NCBI GenBank assembly: GCA_045117415.1 | Contig: JBGUNO010000028.1 | Location: 5,111-69,110 of the forward strand | Direction: 5' to 3' | Length of the DNA stretch: 64,000 nucleotides | Origin: Prevotella sp. | Lineage (GTDB): Bacteria > Bacteroidota > Bacteroidia > Bacteroidales > Bacteroidaceae | Part shown: piece after piece, positions 50,547 to 59,759 of the stretch | Layout: each line of letters starts with the position of its first letter | Numbering within the stretch: the stretch's first letter is position 1 | Made by a program: the position numbers and the translations under genes | The notes under the pieces: generated by a model | Told to the model about the DNA's origin: nothing | The model's database searches: none | What the model saw: only the letters and a program-made list of their open reading frames with translations

Positions 50547-53500
50547 ATGAACAAGTATCATATCTCACGCTTAACGACCCTGTTAATTGCTTGCATCGTG
50601 TCAGTAAACCTGTTTGCCGCTCCCAAACCCAAGAAGGAAGTATATATCCCTATGGACTACTCCACCTGCGGCTATCATGCCTCTGAGCGGGCAATACCAG
50701 ACGTCCCCGTCACCAAGTATGTGGTATGGCAGGAAGGCGACTGCAGCAGTCGTATCCAGCAGGCGATAGACGAGGTGGCACTGTTGAAGCCTGACAAGAA
50801 CGGCTATCGAGGGTGTATCCTGCTCAGCGAGGGTGTCTTCAAGATCAGCAAAGCCATCCGTATCACGACATCCGGTATCGTGCTGAGAGGTGTCGACAAG
50901 CAGAAGACCATCCTCATGAAGATGGGTGTCGATCGTGGTGCCGCCATCTATATAGAAGGTAAGTCTGGTAAACCAGAGGGTGACGCCATTGCCGTCGTCA
51001 ACGAGAAAGTTCCAGCAGGAAGTACGCAGCTCACGTTGAAGTCTACGAAAGGACTGCAAGTGGGCAGCCGTATCAACATCCAGCGTCCCAGTACCACCGA
51101 GTGGATCGCGTCGCTGAAGATGAATGACTTCGGTGGCGGACTCGACTATACGGGTTGGAAGGCAACGGATATCGATATCACCTGGGATCGCACCATCACA
51201 GCCATCAACGGGACGACGATCACCATCGACGCTCCTGTCACCACGACCCTCTCCCAGACATACGGAGGAGCTTTCGTGGTCAATGACTACAACAAAGGAG
51301 AGATCACAGAATGTGGTGTGGAGAACCTGACGATCGACGCTGAGCATGCTGCTTGGAATGCCAAGGATGAGGACCACTGCTGGGATGGTATTTATATAAA
51401 TAATGTACGCGACGGATGGGTACGCAGGGTGATATTCCAACACCTGGCAGGCTCTGCCGTCAACGTACAGAAGCAGACTAGTCGTATCACAGTAGAAGAC
51501 TGTCTTGCCCACCATCCCGTCTCAGAGATAGGAGGGTGGCGACGACAAGTGTTCCTGACTCGTGGACAACAGACGCTCTTCCAGCGTTGTATCTCCCGTC
51601 AGGGAATCCACGACTTTGCCGCAGGCTACTGTGCCGCAGGTCCTAACGCCTTCGTACAATGTGAGGGTGAGGAGTCTTTGGGCTTTAGTGGCAGTATCGG
51701 ATCATGGGCGGCAGGACTGCTCTTCGACATCGTCAATATCGATGGCGGCGATATCCGTTTCGCAAACCTGGAACAGTTTCAGTTCGGGACAGGATGGAAC
51801 ACGGCAAACTCAATGCTGTGGCAGTGTACCGCCTCTACCCTCTCCTGCTACTCCCCGGATGCCGACAACCGTTCCAGTGCTCATGGCTGTTGGGGAACAC
51901 TCACTGGTAATGGAGAATGGACCAGCAGTAACGACCATGTGACACCACGCAGCCTGTTCTACGACCAGTTGGAGAAACGATTAGGGAAACTACCCTTCGA
52001 ACCATATATCCTCCCCCGTCCTACCAATGCGTCCAGTTCGCCAACAGTAGAACAGGCGATGGCTTTGGCACAGGAGTCACTGACCCAGCCGAGACTCACC
52101 TTGGAGATGTGGCTCGACAGTATTCCCTTCCTCCCTGGGGACGGTTCTGCTGATCATAGCCGCCTTGCGGCGACGGATCATCAGAACCGTCCCCAACACA
52201 CTCAGAACCATCCCCACACCCCAACCCGATATGCGATTGTCAACGGATATTTGACTGCTGACGGGATGTTGGTGACAGGTAACCAATATGCCATCCCTTG
52301 GTGGAGCGGAAGAGTGAAGGACAACTTCATAGAGCATGGTGCAAAACCTGCCATCACACGTTTCGTACCAGGACGAGAGGGAATGGGATGGACAGACCGT
52401 ATCGACTCGGTAGTCAACTACTTAGCTAATAATCGTTATAGTTCTTTATATCATAATTACGGACTCTGGTATGACCTGCGCAGGACAGACCATGAACGTG
52501 TCCGTCGTGCCGATGGTGACGTATGGGCACCTTTCTATGAACTACCTTTCTCCCGCTCTGGTGAAGGTACAGCATGGGACGGACTGTCACGCTATGACTT
52601 AACCAAACCCAACCGCTGGTACTGGAGCCGTCTGAATGATTTTGCCCATCAAGCGGCAAGTCAGTATATCCTCCTCTATAACGAGCATTATTTCCAGCAT
52701 AACATCCTGGAGGCGGGTGCCCACTGGGTAGACTGTCCCTGGCGACCTGTCAACAATATCAATCACACAGACTTCCCAGAGCCTGTGCCCTTCGCTGGCG
52801 ATAAGCGTATCTTCATGGCGGAACAGTTCTATAACGAGCAGAACCCTGTGCTCCGTCCACTGCACAAGCAGTATATCCGCATGTGTCTGGAACAGATGAA
52901 AGACCAACCTAACGTGATACACTCCATCAGTGCGGAATATACAGGACCGCTGCACTTCACCCGCTTCTGGTTAGAGACGATAGCGGAATGGGAGGCAGAG
53001 ACTGGTCATCATCCATTGATAGCCCTCAGTTGTACCAAGGACGTACAGGACAGCATCCTCGCTGATCCGGAACTGCGTAAGGTCGTTGACATCATCGACA
53101 TCCGCTACTGGCATTACAACACTAACGGTCTATGGGCTCCTGAGGGTGGCCGTAACCTGGCACCACGACAGTGGATGCGTAAGGTCAAGGTGGGAAAGAC
53201 AGGATTTGAGGAAGCCTACCGTTCCGTTGCTGAGTATCGTAACCGTTACCCGGAGAAGGCTGTGACCTTCTTCTCCCAGCAATATCCCACCTACGGATGG
53301 GCTATCCTCTTGGCTGGCGGTTCCCTTCCCAACATCCCACTTAACGCCCAGCGCTCAACGCTCAACGCTCAACTCTTGAAAGACATCTGTCAGATGAAGC
53401 CCCTTGAGGACAGCAACTGTATCGCCTTGGGCGCCCCACAGAAAGGTTACCTTGTATATGCACAGTCCTCAGAGACGAGTCTGTCGATTGCATCTGGGAA

Positions 53501-53636
53501 ATACAACATCTACACCATTGACATGCAGACGGGTGATATCTCCCTTCTGCAGAAAGGAGCACGCTTACAGGACATTTTCCGTCCTAATGACAGCAAGGGG
53601 AATAAGCTCTATTGGCTCCATCCCGCACAAAGGTGA
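50547..53636 (+). CDS. Secreted pectin-lyase-fold beta-helix protein with DUF6298-like C-terminal region
   Basis: Signal peptide MNKYHISR; DYSTCGY, IQQAID, SGIVLRG, GVENLTI, DEDHCW; NYGLWYDLRRTDH. Confidence 0.7.
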   Translation: MNKYHISRLTTLLIACIVSVNLFAAPKPKKEVYIPMDYSTCGYHASERAIPDVPVTKYVVWQEGDCSSRIQQAIDEVALLKPDKNGYRGCILLSEGVFKISKAIRITTSGIVLRGVDKQKTILMKMGVDRGAAIYIEGKSGKPEGDAIAVVNEKVPAGSTQLTLKSTKGLQVGSRINIQRPSTTEWIASLKMNDFGGGLDYTGWKATDIDITWDRTITAINGTTITIDAPVTTTLSQTYGGAFVVNDYNKGEITECGVENLTIDAEHAAWNAKDEDHCWDGIYINNVRDGWVRRVIFQHLAGSAVNVQKQTSRITVEDCLAHHPVSEIGGWRRQVFLTRGQQTLFQRCISRQGIHDFAAGYCAAGPNAFVQCEGEESLGFSGSIGSWAAGLLFDIVNIDGGDIRFANLEQFQFGTGWNTANSMLWQCTASTLSCYSPDADNRSSAHGCWGTLTGNGEWTSSNDHVTPRSLFYDQLEKRLGKLPFEPYILPRPTNASSSPTVEQAMALAQESLTQPRLTLEMWLDSIPFLPGDGSADHSRLAATDHQNRPQHTQNHPHTPTRYAIVNGYLTADGMLVTGNQYAIPWWSGRVKDNFIEHGAKPAITRFVPGREGMGWTDRIDSVVNYLANNRYSSLYHNYGLWYDLRRTDHERVRRADGDVWAPFYELPFSRSGEGTAWDGLSRYDLTKPNRWYWSRLNDFAHQAASQYILLYNEHYFQHNILEAGAHWVDCPWRPVNNINHTDFPEPVPFAGDKRIFMAEQFYNEQNPVLRPLHKQYIRMCLEQMKDQPNVIHSISAEYTGPLHFTRFWLETIAEWEAETGHHPLIALSCTKDVQDSILADPELRKVVDIIDIRYWHYNTNGLWAPEGGRNLAPRQWMRKVKVGKTGFEEAYRSVAEYRNRYPEKAVTFFSQQYPTYGWAILLAGGSLPNIPLNAQRSTLNAQLLKDICQMKPLEDSNCIALGAPQKGYLVYAQSSETSLSIASGKYNIYTIDMQTGDISLLQKGARLQDIFRPNDSKGNKLYWLHPAQR
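52136..52195. repeat. 60-bp palindromic element translated in frame
   Basis: TGGGGACGGTTCTG / CAGAACCGTCCCCA perfect 14-bp arms. Confidence 0.85.
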
Positions 53637-53751
53637 AATGTATTAAAAATTAAGAAAAAAAGAAAAAGATGTCCGTTTTGTAGCTGTTTACCAAAATTAT
53701 TTATTAATTTTGCAGTTGACAACGAACTACTTTCAAATACAAACTACTAAG

Positions 53752-54264
53752 ATGATAGACTTTTCACAGCTCTATAACAAACATATTGACCAGTTGTTTG
53801 CCTTCGGTTCCCGTTTCACAACAGACCGTGAGATGCTGAAAGACTGTATACAGGATGTCTTTGTAAAGTTATATACCAGACGGGAGAACCTGGGTCCGAT
53901 AGACAATGTGGACAACTATTTGTTTATCTCCCTTCGCAACCGTATCCACGATGAGTTCCGTCGTAACGGGAAGATGACAGGCGACGAGATCAACGATACT
54001 AACATACAAGCTTTCGCAGAATACGAAGAGTATAACCAGGAACGGATGGAACGACAACTGGAACTCACGAATAACGTGGAGAAATTCTTTGAGAAGTTGT
54101 CACCCCGCCAGAGGCAGATCATCAATCTCTATTATATCGAGCATCGTAAATATGAGGATATCTGTCGTATCATGGGTATCAACTACCAGAGTGTGCGTAA
54201 CCTGATGCATCGTAGTATCAGTCGACTCCGCGAATATGCTGGACAGATGAAACAAGCTGTATAA
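53752..54264 (+). CDS. ECF sigma-70 factor
   Basis: DCIQDVFVKLY region 2; LSPRQRQII..YEDICRIMGINYQSVRNLMHRSISRLR region 4; TAATTTTG at 53705. Confidence 0.93.
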   Translation: MIDFSQLYNKHIDQLFAFGSRFTTDREMLKDCIQDVFVKLYTRRENLGPIDNVDNYLFISLRNRIHDEFRRNGKMTGDEINDTNIQAFAEYEEYNQERMERQLELTNNVEKFFEKLSPRQRQIINLYYIEHRKYEDICRIMGINYQSVRNLMHRSISRLREYAGQMKQAV

Positions 54265-54281
54265 AAGCCCCTGTTCCTTCA

Positions 54282-54312
54282 TTGGTTACACCATTGCCAT
54301 TATTCCGTCTTT
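54282..54312 (+). promoter_or_regulatory. Candidate ECF-sigma promoter, copy 2
   Basis: TTGGTTAC-N16-CGTCTTT. Confidence 0.55.
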
Positions 54313-54327
54313 AATAAAAAGAAGATA

Positions 54328-54468
54328 ATGGCAACAAAAGGAAAGAACAAGAAAAAAGAACGACTCTATTCTTTGATCCCGCCTCTTCAACCCCTTTCCC
54401 AAGAAGAAAAGGATGAGCTGAAGATGCGGATATTTGTTGCTATCCACCAGTCGTTAGCACTGAACTAA
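54328..54468 (+). CDS. 46-aa small protein, possible mini anti-sigma or anti-sigma remnant
   Basis: MATKGKNKKKERLYSLIPPLQPLSQEEKDELKMRIFVAIHQSLALN*; A-rich leader; fills the gap between the sigma gene and the next gene. Confidence 0.55.
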   Translation: MATKGKNKKKERLYSLIPPLQPLSQEEKDELKMRIFVAIHQSLALN

Positions 54469-54482
54469 ATAACAAATCAAAT

Positions 54483-55940
54483 ATGAGCAAACTGCGTATT
54501 TTACTTTTATCTATCTTGACATGTGGTATGTCATGCCTTGACACCCTGATGGCTCAAGAGCGTTATCAGGTAGGAGTCTGTGACTGGATGGTACTGAAAC
54601 GTCAGAAGCTGGGTGAGTTCCAACTCGCCAAGGACTTAGGATGTGATGGTATAGAGATGGACATGGGAGGACTGGGCAAGCGTGAGATGTTCGACAACAA
54701 GATACGGGAGCCGGAAGCTGCCGCCCTCTTCAAGCATACTGCCGACAGTCTAGGTATCCGTGTGGGCGCTATTGCCATGAGTGGTTTCTACGGACAGGAC
54801 CTCACACAGCGTGATAACTATCTCTCCTTGATGGACGACTGTTTCAATACCATGGATATCATGGGGGATGTCAAAGTCGCCTTTCTACCATTGGGCGGAA
54901 GCGGTAACGACTGGTCTACGGACAAGGCGAAACGGAAAGAGATTGTCAGTCGGTTGCATGCTATCGGAGAGGCTGCAAAAGCACGAGGTAAGGTAGTTGG
55001 TATCGACACCCCGTTAGATGCTGCTGGTAACCTGAGACTGTTGAAAGAGATCAAAAGCGACGGCATTGCCATCTTCTATAAGTGGCAGACCATCATAGAG
55101 AATGGCTGGGACATCGCCAAGGACATGAAAAAACTGGGTGCCAAGAATATCTGTGCCATCCATGCCTCCAACACAGACAGTGTGTGGATCTGTAATGATT
55201 CCGCTATCAACCTGCCACTCATCAAACAGACCCTTGACGAGATGAACTGGAAAGGATGGCTGTTCGTAGAACGGAGCCGTGACGTGAAGATGGTACGGAA
55301 TGTGAAAATGAACTATGGAGCGAATGTACGCTGTCTGAAAGAGACATTCAACTCTTACCCTGCGGCTGCCGTCAAACTCGACAGCGAAGGACGTGACCCT
55401 CAATATGTACAGACCATCATCGGACGTGCCCAGAAAGCCACCGATGAGTTGGGGATCACATGGACTCCCCTGGGGCAGAATGTCGTCAATATCATCGCCA
55501 ACCGCTATTTCAAGCTCAATGATATCTATGCCGAGCGTGACTCCATCAAGAAAACGGACAAGAAACTCGCCGAGGCATTGTGTGACTCAAAACTGTACCG
55601 CTCACATTTCGGCTTCGATGCCGACCTGTCGATGTACCTAAAACCGCATGAGATAGAGCGAGTCAAGGACGTGATGACTTTCAACGTATTGAAGGTGACC
55701 TACGAGGCACATTGCGACATGATTCCTACCCTGAAGGATGAGGAGAAGGCACAGATCATCGCCTGGTTGAGGGAGGCACGTGAACTAGCTATTGACGCAG
55801 AGAGTTCGAAGAAGAAACATGAGGTGTTCGGGAAATACAAAGGACGTATTAACAACTACCTGACCAAACGAGGCTATGACCTTGTGAAGGAGCGTGAGGC
55901 ATGGTATGAACGAATCAAAGCAAGAGGAGGAAAGATATGA
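54483..55940 (+). CDS. Secreted xylose-isomerase-like TIM barrel fused to a DUF3826-like domain
   Basis: Signal peptide; VCDWMVLKRQK, DGIEMDMG, IHAS, GWLFVERSR; C-half WLREARELAIDAESSKKKHEVFGKYKGRINNYL. Confidence 0.7.
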   Translation: MSKLRILLLSILTCGMSCLDTLMAQERYQVGVCDWMVLKRQKLGEFQLAKDLGCDGIEMDMGGLGKREMFDNKIREPEAAALFKHTADSLGIRVGAIAMSGFYGQDLTQRDNYLSLMDDCFNTMDIMGDVKVAFLPLGGSGNDWSTDKAKRKEIVSRLHAIGEAAKARGKVVGIDTPLDAAGNLRLLKEIKSDGIAIFYKWQTIIENGWDIAKDMKKLGAKNICAIHASNTDSVWICNDSAINLPLIKQTLDEMNWKGWLFVERSRDVKMVRNVKMNYGANVRCLKETFNSYPAAAVKLDSEGRDPQYVQTIIGRAQKATDELGITWTPLGQNVVNIIANRYFKLNDIYAERDSIKKTDKKLAEALCDSKLYRSHFGFDADLSMYLKPHEIERVKDVMTFNVLKVTYEAHCDMIPTLKDEEKAQIIAWLREARELAIDAESSKKKHEVFGKYKGRINNYLTKRGYDLVKEREAWYERIKARGGKI

Positions 55941-57991
55941 GAAAAATGATCATTGCCATGATGCTGTGCTGCACCACTGCAGCAACGGCACAAGGACTGA
56001 CAGACATGAGTAACAGTCGTCAGGCGCAGATGAAGAACACCCCGATGGGAGCCGTCCAGTGGACAGGCGGTTTCTGGGGCGACCGTTTCAACATGCTTTC
56101 CACTACAGGAATATGGGATATGTGGAACACCTGGAACACGCCTTGGGAGATCATCGATGACATGGGGCTGCACGGCAGTAATGGTTTCCGTAACTTCGAG
56201 GTGGCAGCAGGAACGGTGAAAGGCAAGCACCACGGTCCTCCCTTCCACGATGGTGATATGTACAAATGGCTGGAGGCATGTGCCACCGTTTATGCCATCA
56301 CCAAGGACCCGAAGATTGATGCCTTGATGGACAAGTTCATTGAGCAGGTGGCACTCGCCCAGCGTGCCGATGGCTACATCCATACCCCCGTCGTCATCTC
56401 GGAACGCAATGCAGGCATCGACTCGCATGCCAATACGGAGAACGCTGCAGGTATCGAGATCGGCAAGGACCAGAAACATGCCTTTGCCTCCCGTCTGAAC
56501 TTCGAGACCTACAACCTCGGACACCTGATGACGGCAGGTATCATCCACAAGCGTGCCACTGGGAAGACAACCTTGTTTGACTGTGGTAAAAAAGCCGCTG
56601 ACTTCCTCTATAATTTCCTAACCAACGACGCTGCGGAGCTGTCCCGTAATGCCATCTGCCCTTCCCACTATATGGGGGCTGCGGAGATGTACCGTGAGAC
56701 GGGTGATGAGAAATACCTGACACTGGCTAAAGGTCTCATTGCCATCCGTGACAGTGTGACGAACGGTGAGGATCATAACCAGGACCGTCATAAGTTCCGC
56801 GACCAGTATGAGGCGATGGGTCATGCTGTCCGTGCCAACTACCTCTATGCCGGTGTTGCCGACCTCTATGCGGAGACGGGTGAGGAACAGTTGATGAAGA
56901 ACCTCTCCGCCATCTGGGATGACATCATCCAGCATAAGATATACATCATGGGAGGATGCGGTGCGCTCTACGACGGGGTGTCACCTGATGGCACCACCTA
57001 CAACCAGCCATCCATCCAACAGATTCACCAGGCATACGGACGACAGTTCCAGTTGCCGCAGGAGGCTGCCCATAATGAGATATGTGCCCAGATCGGCATG
57101 ATGCTCTTCTCCTGGCGTATGTTCCAGACGACGGGTGACGGCAAGTATATCGACAACATCGAGAACGAACTGTATAACGGTATCCTCTCGGGTATCTCCC
57201 TCGACGGCAAGGACTTCTTCTATACAGAGGCACTGCGTCGCACGAAGGAGTTTCCTTATGTCATGCGATGGCCCAAACACCGCCAGCATTACATCACCTG
57301 TTTCTGTTGTCCGCCGAATACTCTGCGTACGCTCTGTCAGGCACAGGAATATGCATATGCTGTCAATGGAAACACGCTCTACGTCAACCTCTACGGACAG
57401 AACGTGTTGAAGACCAAAGACCTAGAGGTGGAACAGACGACTAACTACCCGTGGGACGGCAAGGTCACGCTGACTATCAAGAATGCCAAGAACCTGTCGA
57501 CCATCAAGTTGCACAAGCCCGACTGGGCAGGACAATATGCGGTGAAGGTGAACGGTGAACCAACAGACCTTGACATCACCCGTAAATGGAAGAAAGGGGA
57601 TGTCATCGAGATCAACTTCGACATGCGTCCCCGACTGATAGAGGCGAATCCGCTGGTCGAGGAGGCGAAGAATCAGATTGCCGTCCAGCGCGGTCCCATT
57701 GTATACTGTCTCGAAGGTGAGGATATCGAGGGCGGCTATCGCATCAACGACATTGCCATTCCTGCCGACATCCAGTTTACGGAACAGAAGATGACCCTTT
57801 ATGGTCATGAGATGACGGTACTGGAAGGTGAGGCCGTCCTTGTGAATCATGAGCAATGGGACAACCAGACACTCTATCGAGAGGTACGTCCCGTTACTCC
57901 AAAGAAAGTGAAGATACGACTCATTCCCTATTATGCCTGGGACAACCGGGGTATCCAGGACATGTCTCTCTGGTTGCCATTAGCACGATAA
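55937..57991 (+). CDS. GH127 glycoside hydrolase, resembling the RG-II aceric acid hydrolase
   Basis: DGDMYKWLEA, ETYNLGHL, GHAVRANYLY, NEICA, CFCCPPN, IPYYAWDNRG. Confidence 0.88.
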   Translation: MRKMIIAMMLCCTTAATAQGLTDMSNSRQAQMKNTPMGAVQWTGGFWGDRFNMLSTTGIWDMWNTWNTPWEIIDDMGLHGSNGFRNFEVAAGTVKGKHHGPPFHDGDMYKWLEACATVYAITKDPKIDALMDKFIEQVALAQRADGYIHTPVVISERNAGIDSHANTENAAGIEIGKDQKHAFASRLNFETYNLGHLMTAGIIHKRATGKTTLFDCGKKAADFLYNFLTNDAAELSRNAICPSHYMGAAEMYRETGDEKYLTLAKGLIAIRDSVTNGEDHNQDRHKFRDQYEAMGHAVRANYLYAGVADLYAETGEEQLMKNLSAIWDDIIQHKIYIMGGCGALYDGVSPDGTTYNQPSIQQIHQAYGRQFQLPQEAAHNEICAQIGMMLFSWRMFQTTGDGKYIDNIENELYNGILSGISLDGKDFFYTEALRRTKEFPYVMRWPKHRQHYITCFCCPPNTLRTLCQAQEYAYAVNGNTLYVNLYGQNVLKTKDLEVEQTTNYPWDGKVTLTIKNAKNLSTIKLHKPDWAGQYAVKVNGEPTDLDITRKWKKGDVIEINFDMRPRLIEANPLVEEAKNQIAVQRGPIVYCLEGEDIEGGYRINDIAIPADIQFTEQKMTLYGHEMTVLEGEAVLVNHEQWDNQTLYREVRPVTPKKVKIRLIPYYAWDNRGIQDMSLWLPLAR

Positions 57992-57995
57992 CATT

Positions 57996-59756
57996 ATGAG
58001 AATAATCACCATCATCCTATTAGGTCTATTGATGAGGGGCGCATCAGCATATGCGTCCCCATCGGACTTTTATATAACACCAGACTCTTCCCTGGCGGAG
58101 ACCATACAGAAGGCCCGTGAGGCGAAGAGGTTAGGAAAGGCAACGGCTGTGACGATTCACCTGAGTGCAGGAACCTATTATCTCTATGAACCGCTACGGC
58201 TGCGCCCGGAGGACAGTGGACTGACGATACTGGGAGAGAACGCCGTCATCAGCGGCGGTATGGAGATCAAGGACTGGAGGAAAAAAGGTAAGTTCCTGGT
58301 GGCTGACGTTCCCGACTTCAACGGTCGTCCCATCGACTTCCGCCAGTTATGGGTCAATGGGAAAAAAGCAACCAGGGCTCGTGATGTGAATGACTTCGAA
58401 CAGATGCACCGCATCATGACTTACGATAAGAAAAAACAAGTGTTGTGGGTTCCCAAAAAGGCAGTAGCCAATTCTCCTTTCTCAATTCTCAATTCTCAAT
58501 ATGCAGAACTCGTTCTGCACGAGATGTGGTGTACCTCCAATCTGCGTATCAAAAGCATCAAGATACAAGGTGACTCTGCCGCCATCCGCTTTCACGACCC
58601 AGAGGCCAACATACAGTTCAAGCACCCGTGGCCCTCTCCAATGACACCCGACACAGGATATCCGTCACCGTTCTATCTGACAAATGCCAAGGAACTGCTT
58701 GACGAGCCAGGAGAATGGTATCATGACATCCGGGAGCATAAGCTCTACTATATGCCTCGCAACGGTGAGACCATCCGCGATGCCGTTGTACCCGTCATCG
58801 AGACACTCATGGATATCATCGGTTCTGCAGAGCATCCCGTCCGTAACATCACCATCAAGGGGGTTACCTTCAGTCATACCACCTGGATGCGTCCGTCTGA
58901 GAAAGGACATGTGCCCTTGCAGGCGGGTATGTATCTGACGGAAGCCTATAAACTGCGTCCGCAGATAGACCGTCCCAACAACCACAAACTCGACAACCAA
59001 GGATGGCTGGGACGTGCCGATGCTGCTGTGGAACTGCGCTATACCGAGGACATCAACTTCGACGGTTGCCGCTTCGAGCACCTCGGCGGCTCAGGTCTTG
59101 ACTACGTCCTTGCCTGTCGTCGCGGCACGACGACCCATTGTACGTTTACCGACATCGCCATGAACGGCTACGTATGCGGCTCTTTCTCACCAGAGGGACT
59201 GGAGACCCATCTTCCCTACCAGCCTGTGGACTTCCGGGAGGTATGTAGCGGACAAACCGTCGAGCAGTCGGAGTTCTATGACATCACCAACGAGGACTGG
59301 GGATGTGTTGCCATCGCTGCCGGTTATGTCAGCGGCATCACCATCGAGCATAACACCATCCATGATGTCAGTTATACGGGAATCTCATTAGGTTGGGGAT
59401 GGAACCGTGACCTCGTCTGTATGAAGGACAATAAGGTACATGCGAACCTGATCTATGACTATGCCCAGCATATGTACGACTGTGCCGGCATCTATACCCT
59501 CGGTAACCAGCCCGGTACTGTCATATCAGAAAATGTGGTGCGTGACATTGCCAAACCGAGTTATGTACACGACCCGAATCACTGGTTCTACCTCTATACC
59601 GACGAAGGGTCATCCAACATCATCATCCGTGACAACTGGACCCCTTCCGACAAGTACCTCCAGAATGCCAACGGTCCCGGCAATGTCTGGGAGAATAACG
59701 GACCACAGGTCAGCGACAGCATTAAGACTGCCGCAGGAATAAACAATAAACAGTAG
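57996..59756 (+). CDS. GH141 beta-helix glycosidase (alpha-L-fucosidase-like)
   Basis: RQLWVNG, LLDEPGEWY, YTGISLGWGW, DCAGIYTL, YLYTDEGSS. Confidence 0.85.
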   Translation: MRIITIILLGLLMRGASAYASPSDFYITPDSSLAETIQKAREAKRLGKATAVTIHLSAGTYYLYEPLRLRPEDSGLTILGENAVISGGMEIKDWRKKGKFLVADVPDFNGRPIDFRQLWVNGKKATRARDVNDFEQMHRIMTYDKKKQVLWVPKKAVANSPFSILNSQYAELVLHEMWCTSNLRIKSIKIQGDSAAIRFHDPEANIQFKHPWPSPMTPDTGYPSPFYLTNAKELLDEPGEWYHDIREHKLYYMPRNGETIRDAVVPVIETLMDIIGSAEHPVRNITIKGVTFSHTTWMRPSEKGHVPLQAGMYLTEAYKLRPQIDRPNNHKLDNQGWLGRADAAVELRYTEDINFDGCRFEHLGGSGLDYVLACRRGTTTHCTFTDIAMNGYVCGSFSPEGLETHLPYQPVDFREVCSGQTVEQSEFYDITNEDWGCVAIAAGYVSGITIEHNTIHDVSYTGISLGWGWNRDLVCMKDNKVHANLIYDYAQHMYDCAGIYTLGNQPGTVISENVVRDIAKPSYVHDPNHWFYLYTDEGSSNIIIRDNWTPSDKYLQNANGPGNVWENNGPQVSDSIKTAAGINNKQ

Positions 59757-59759
59757 ACA

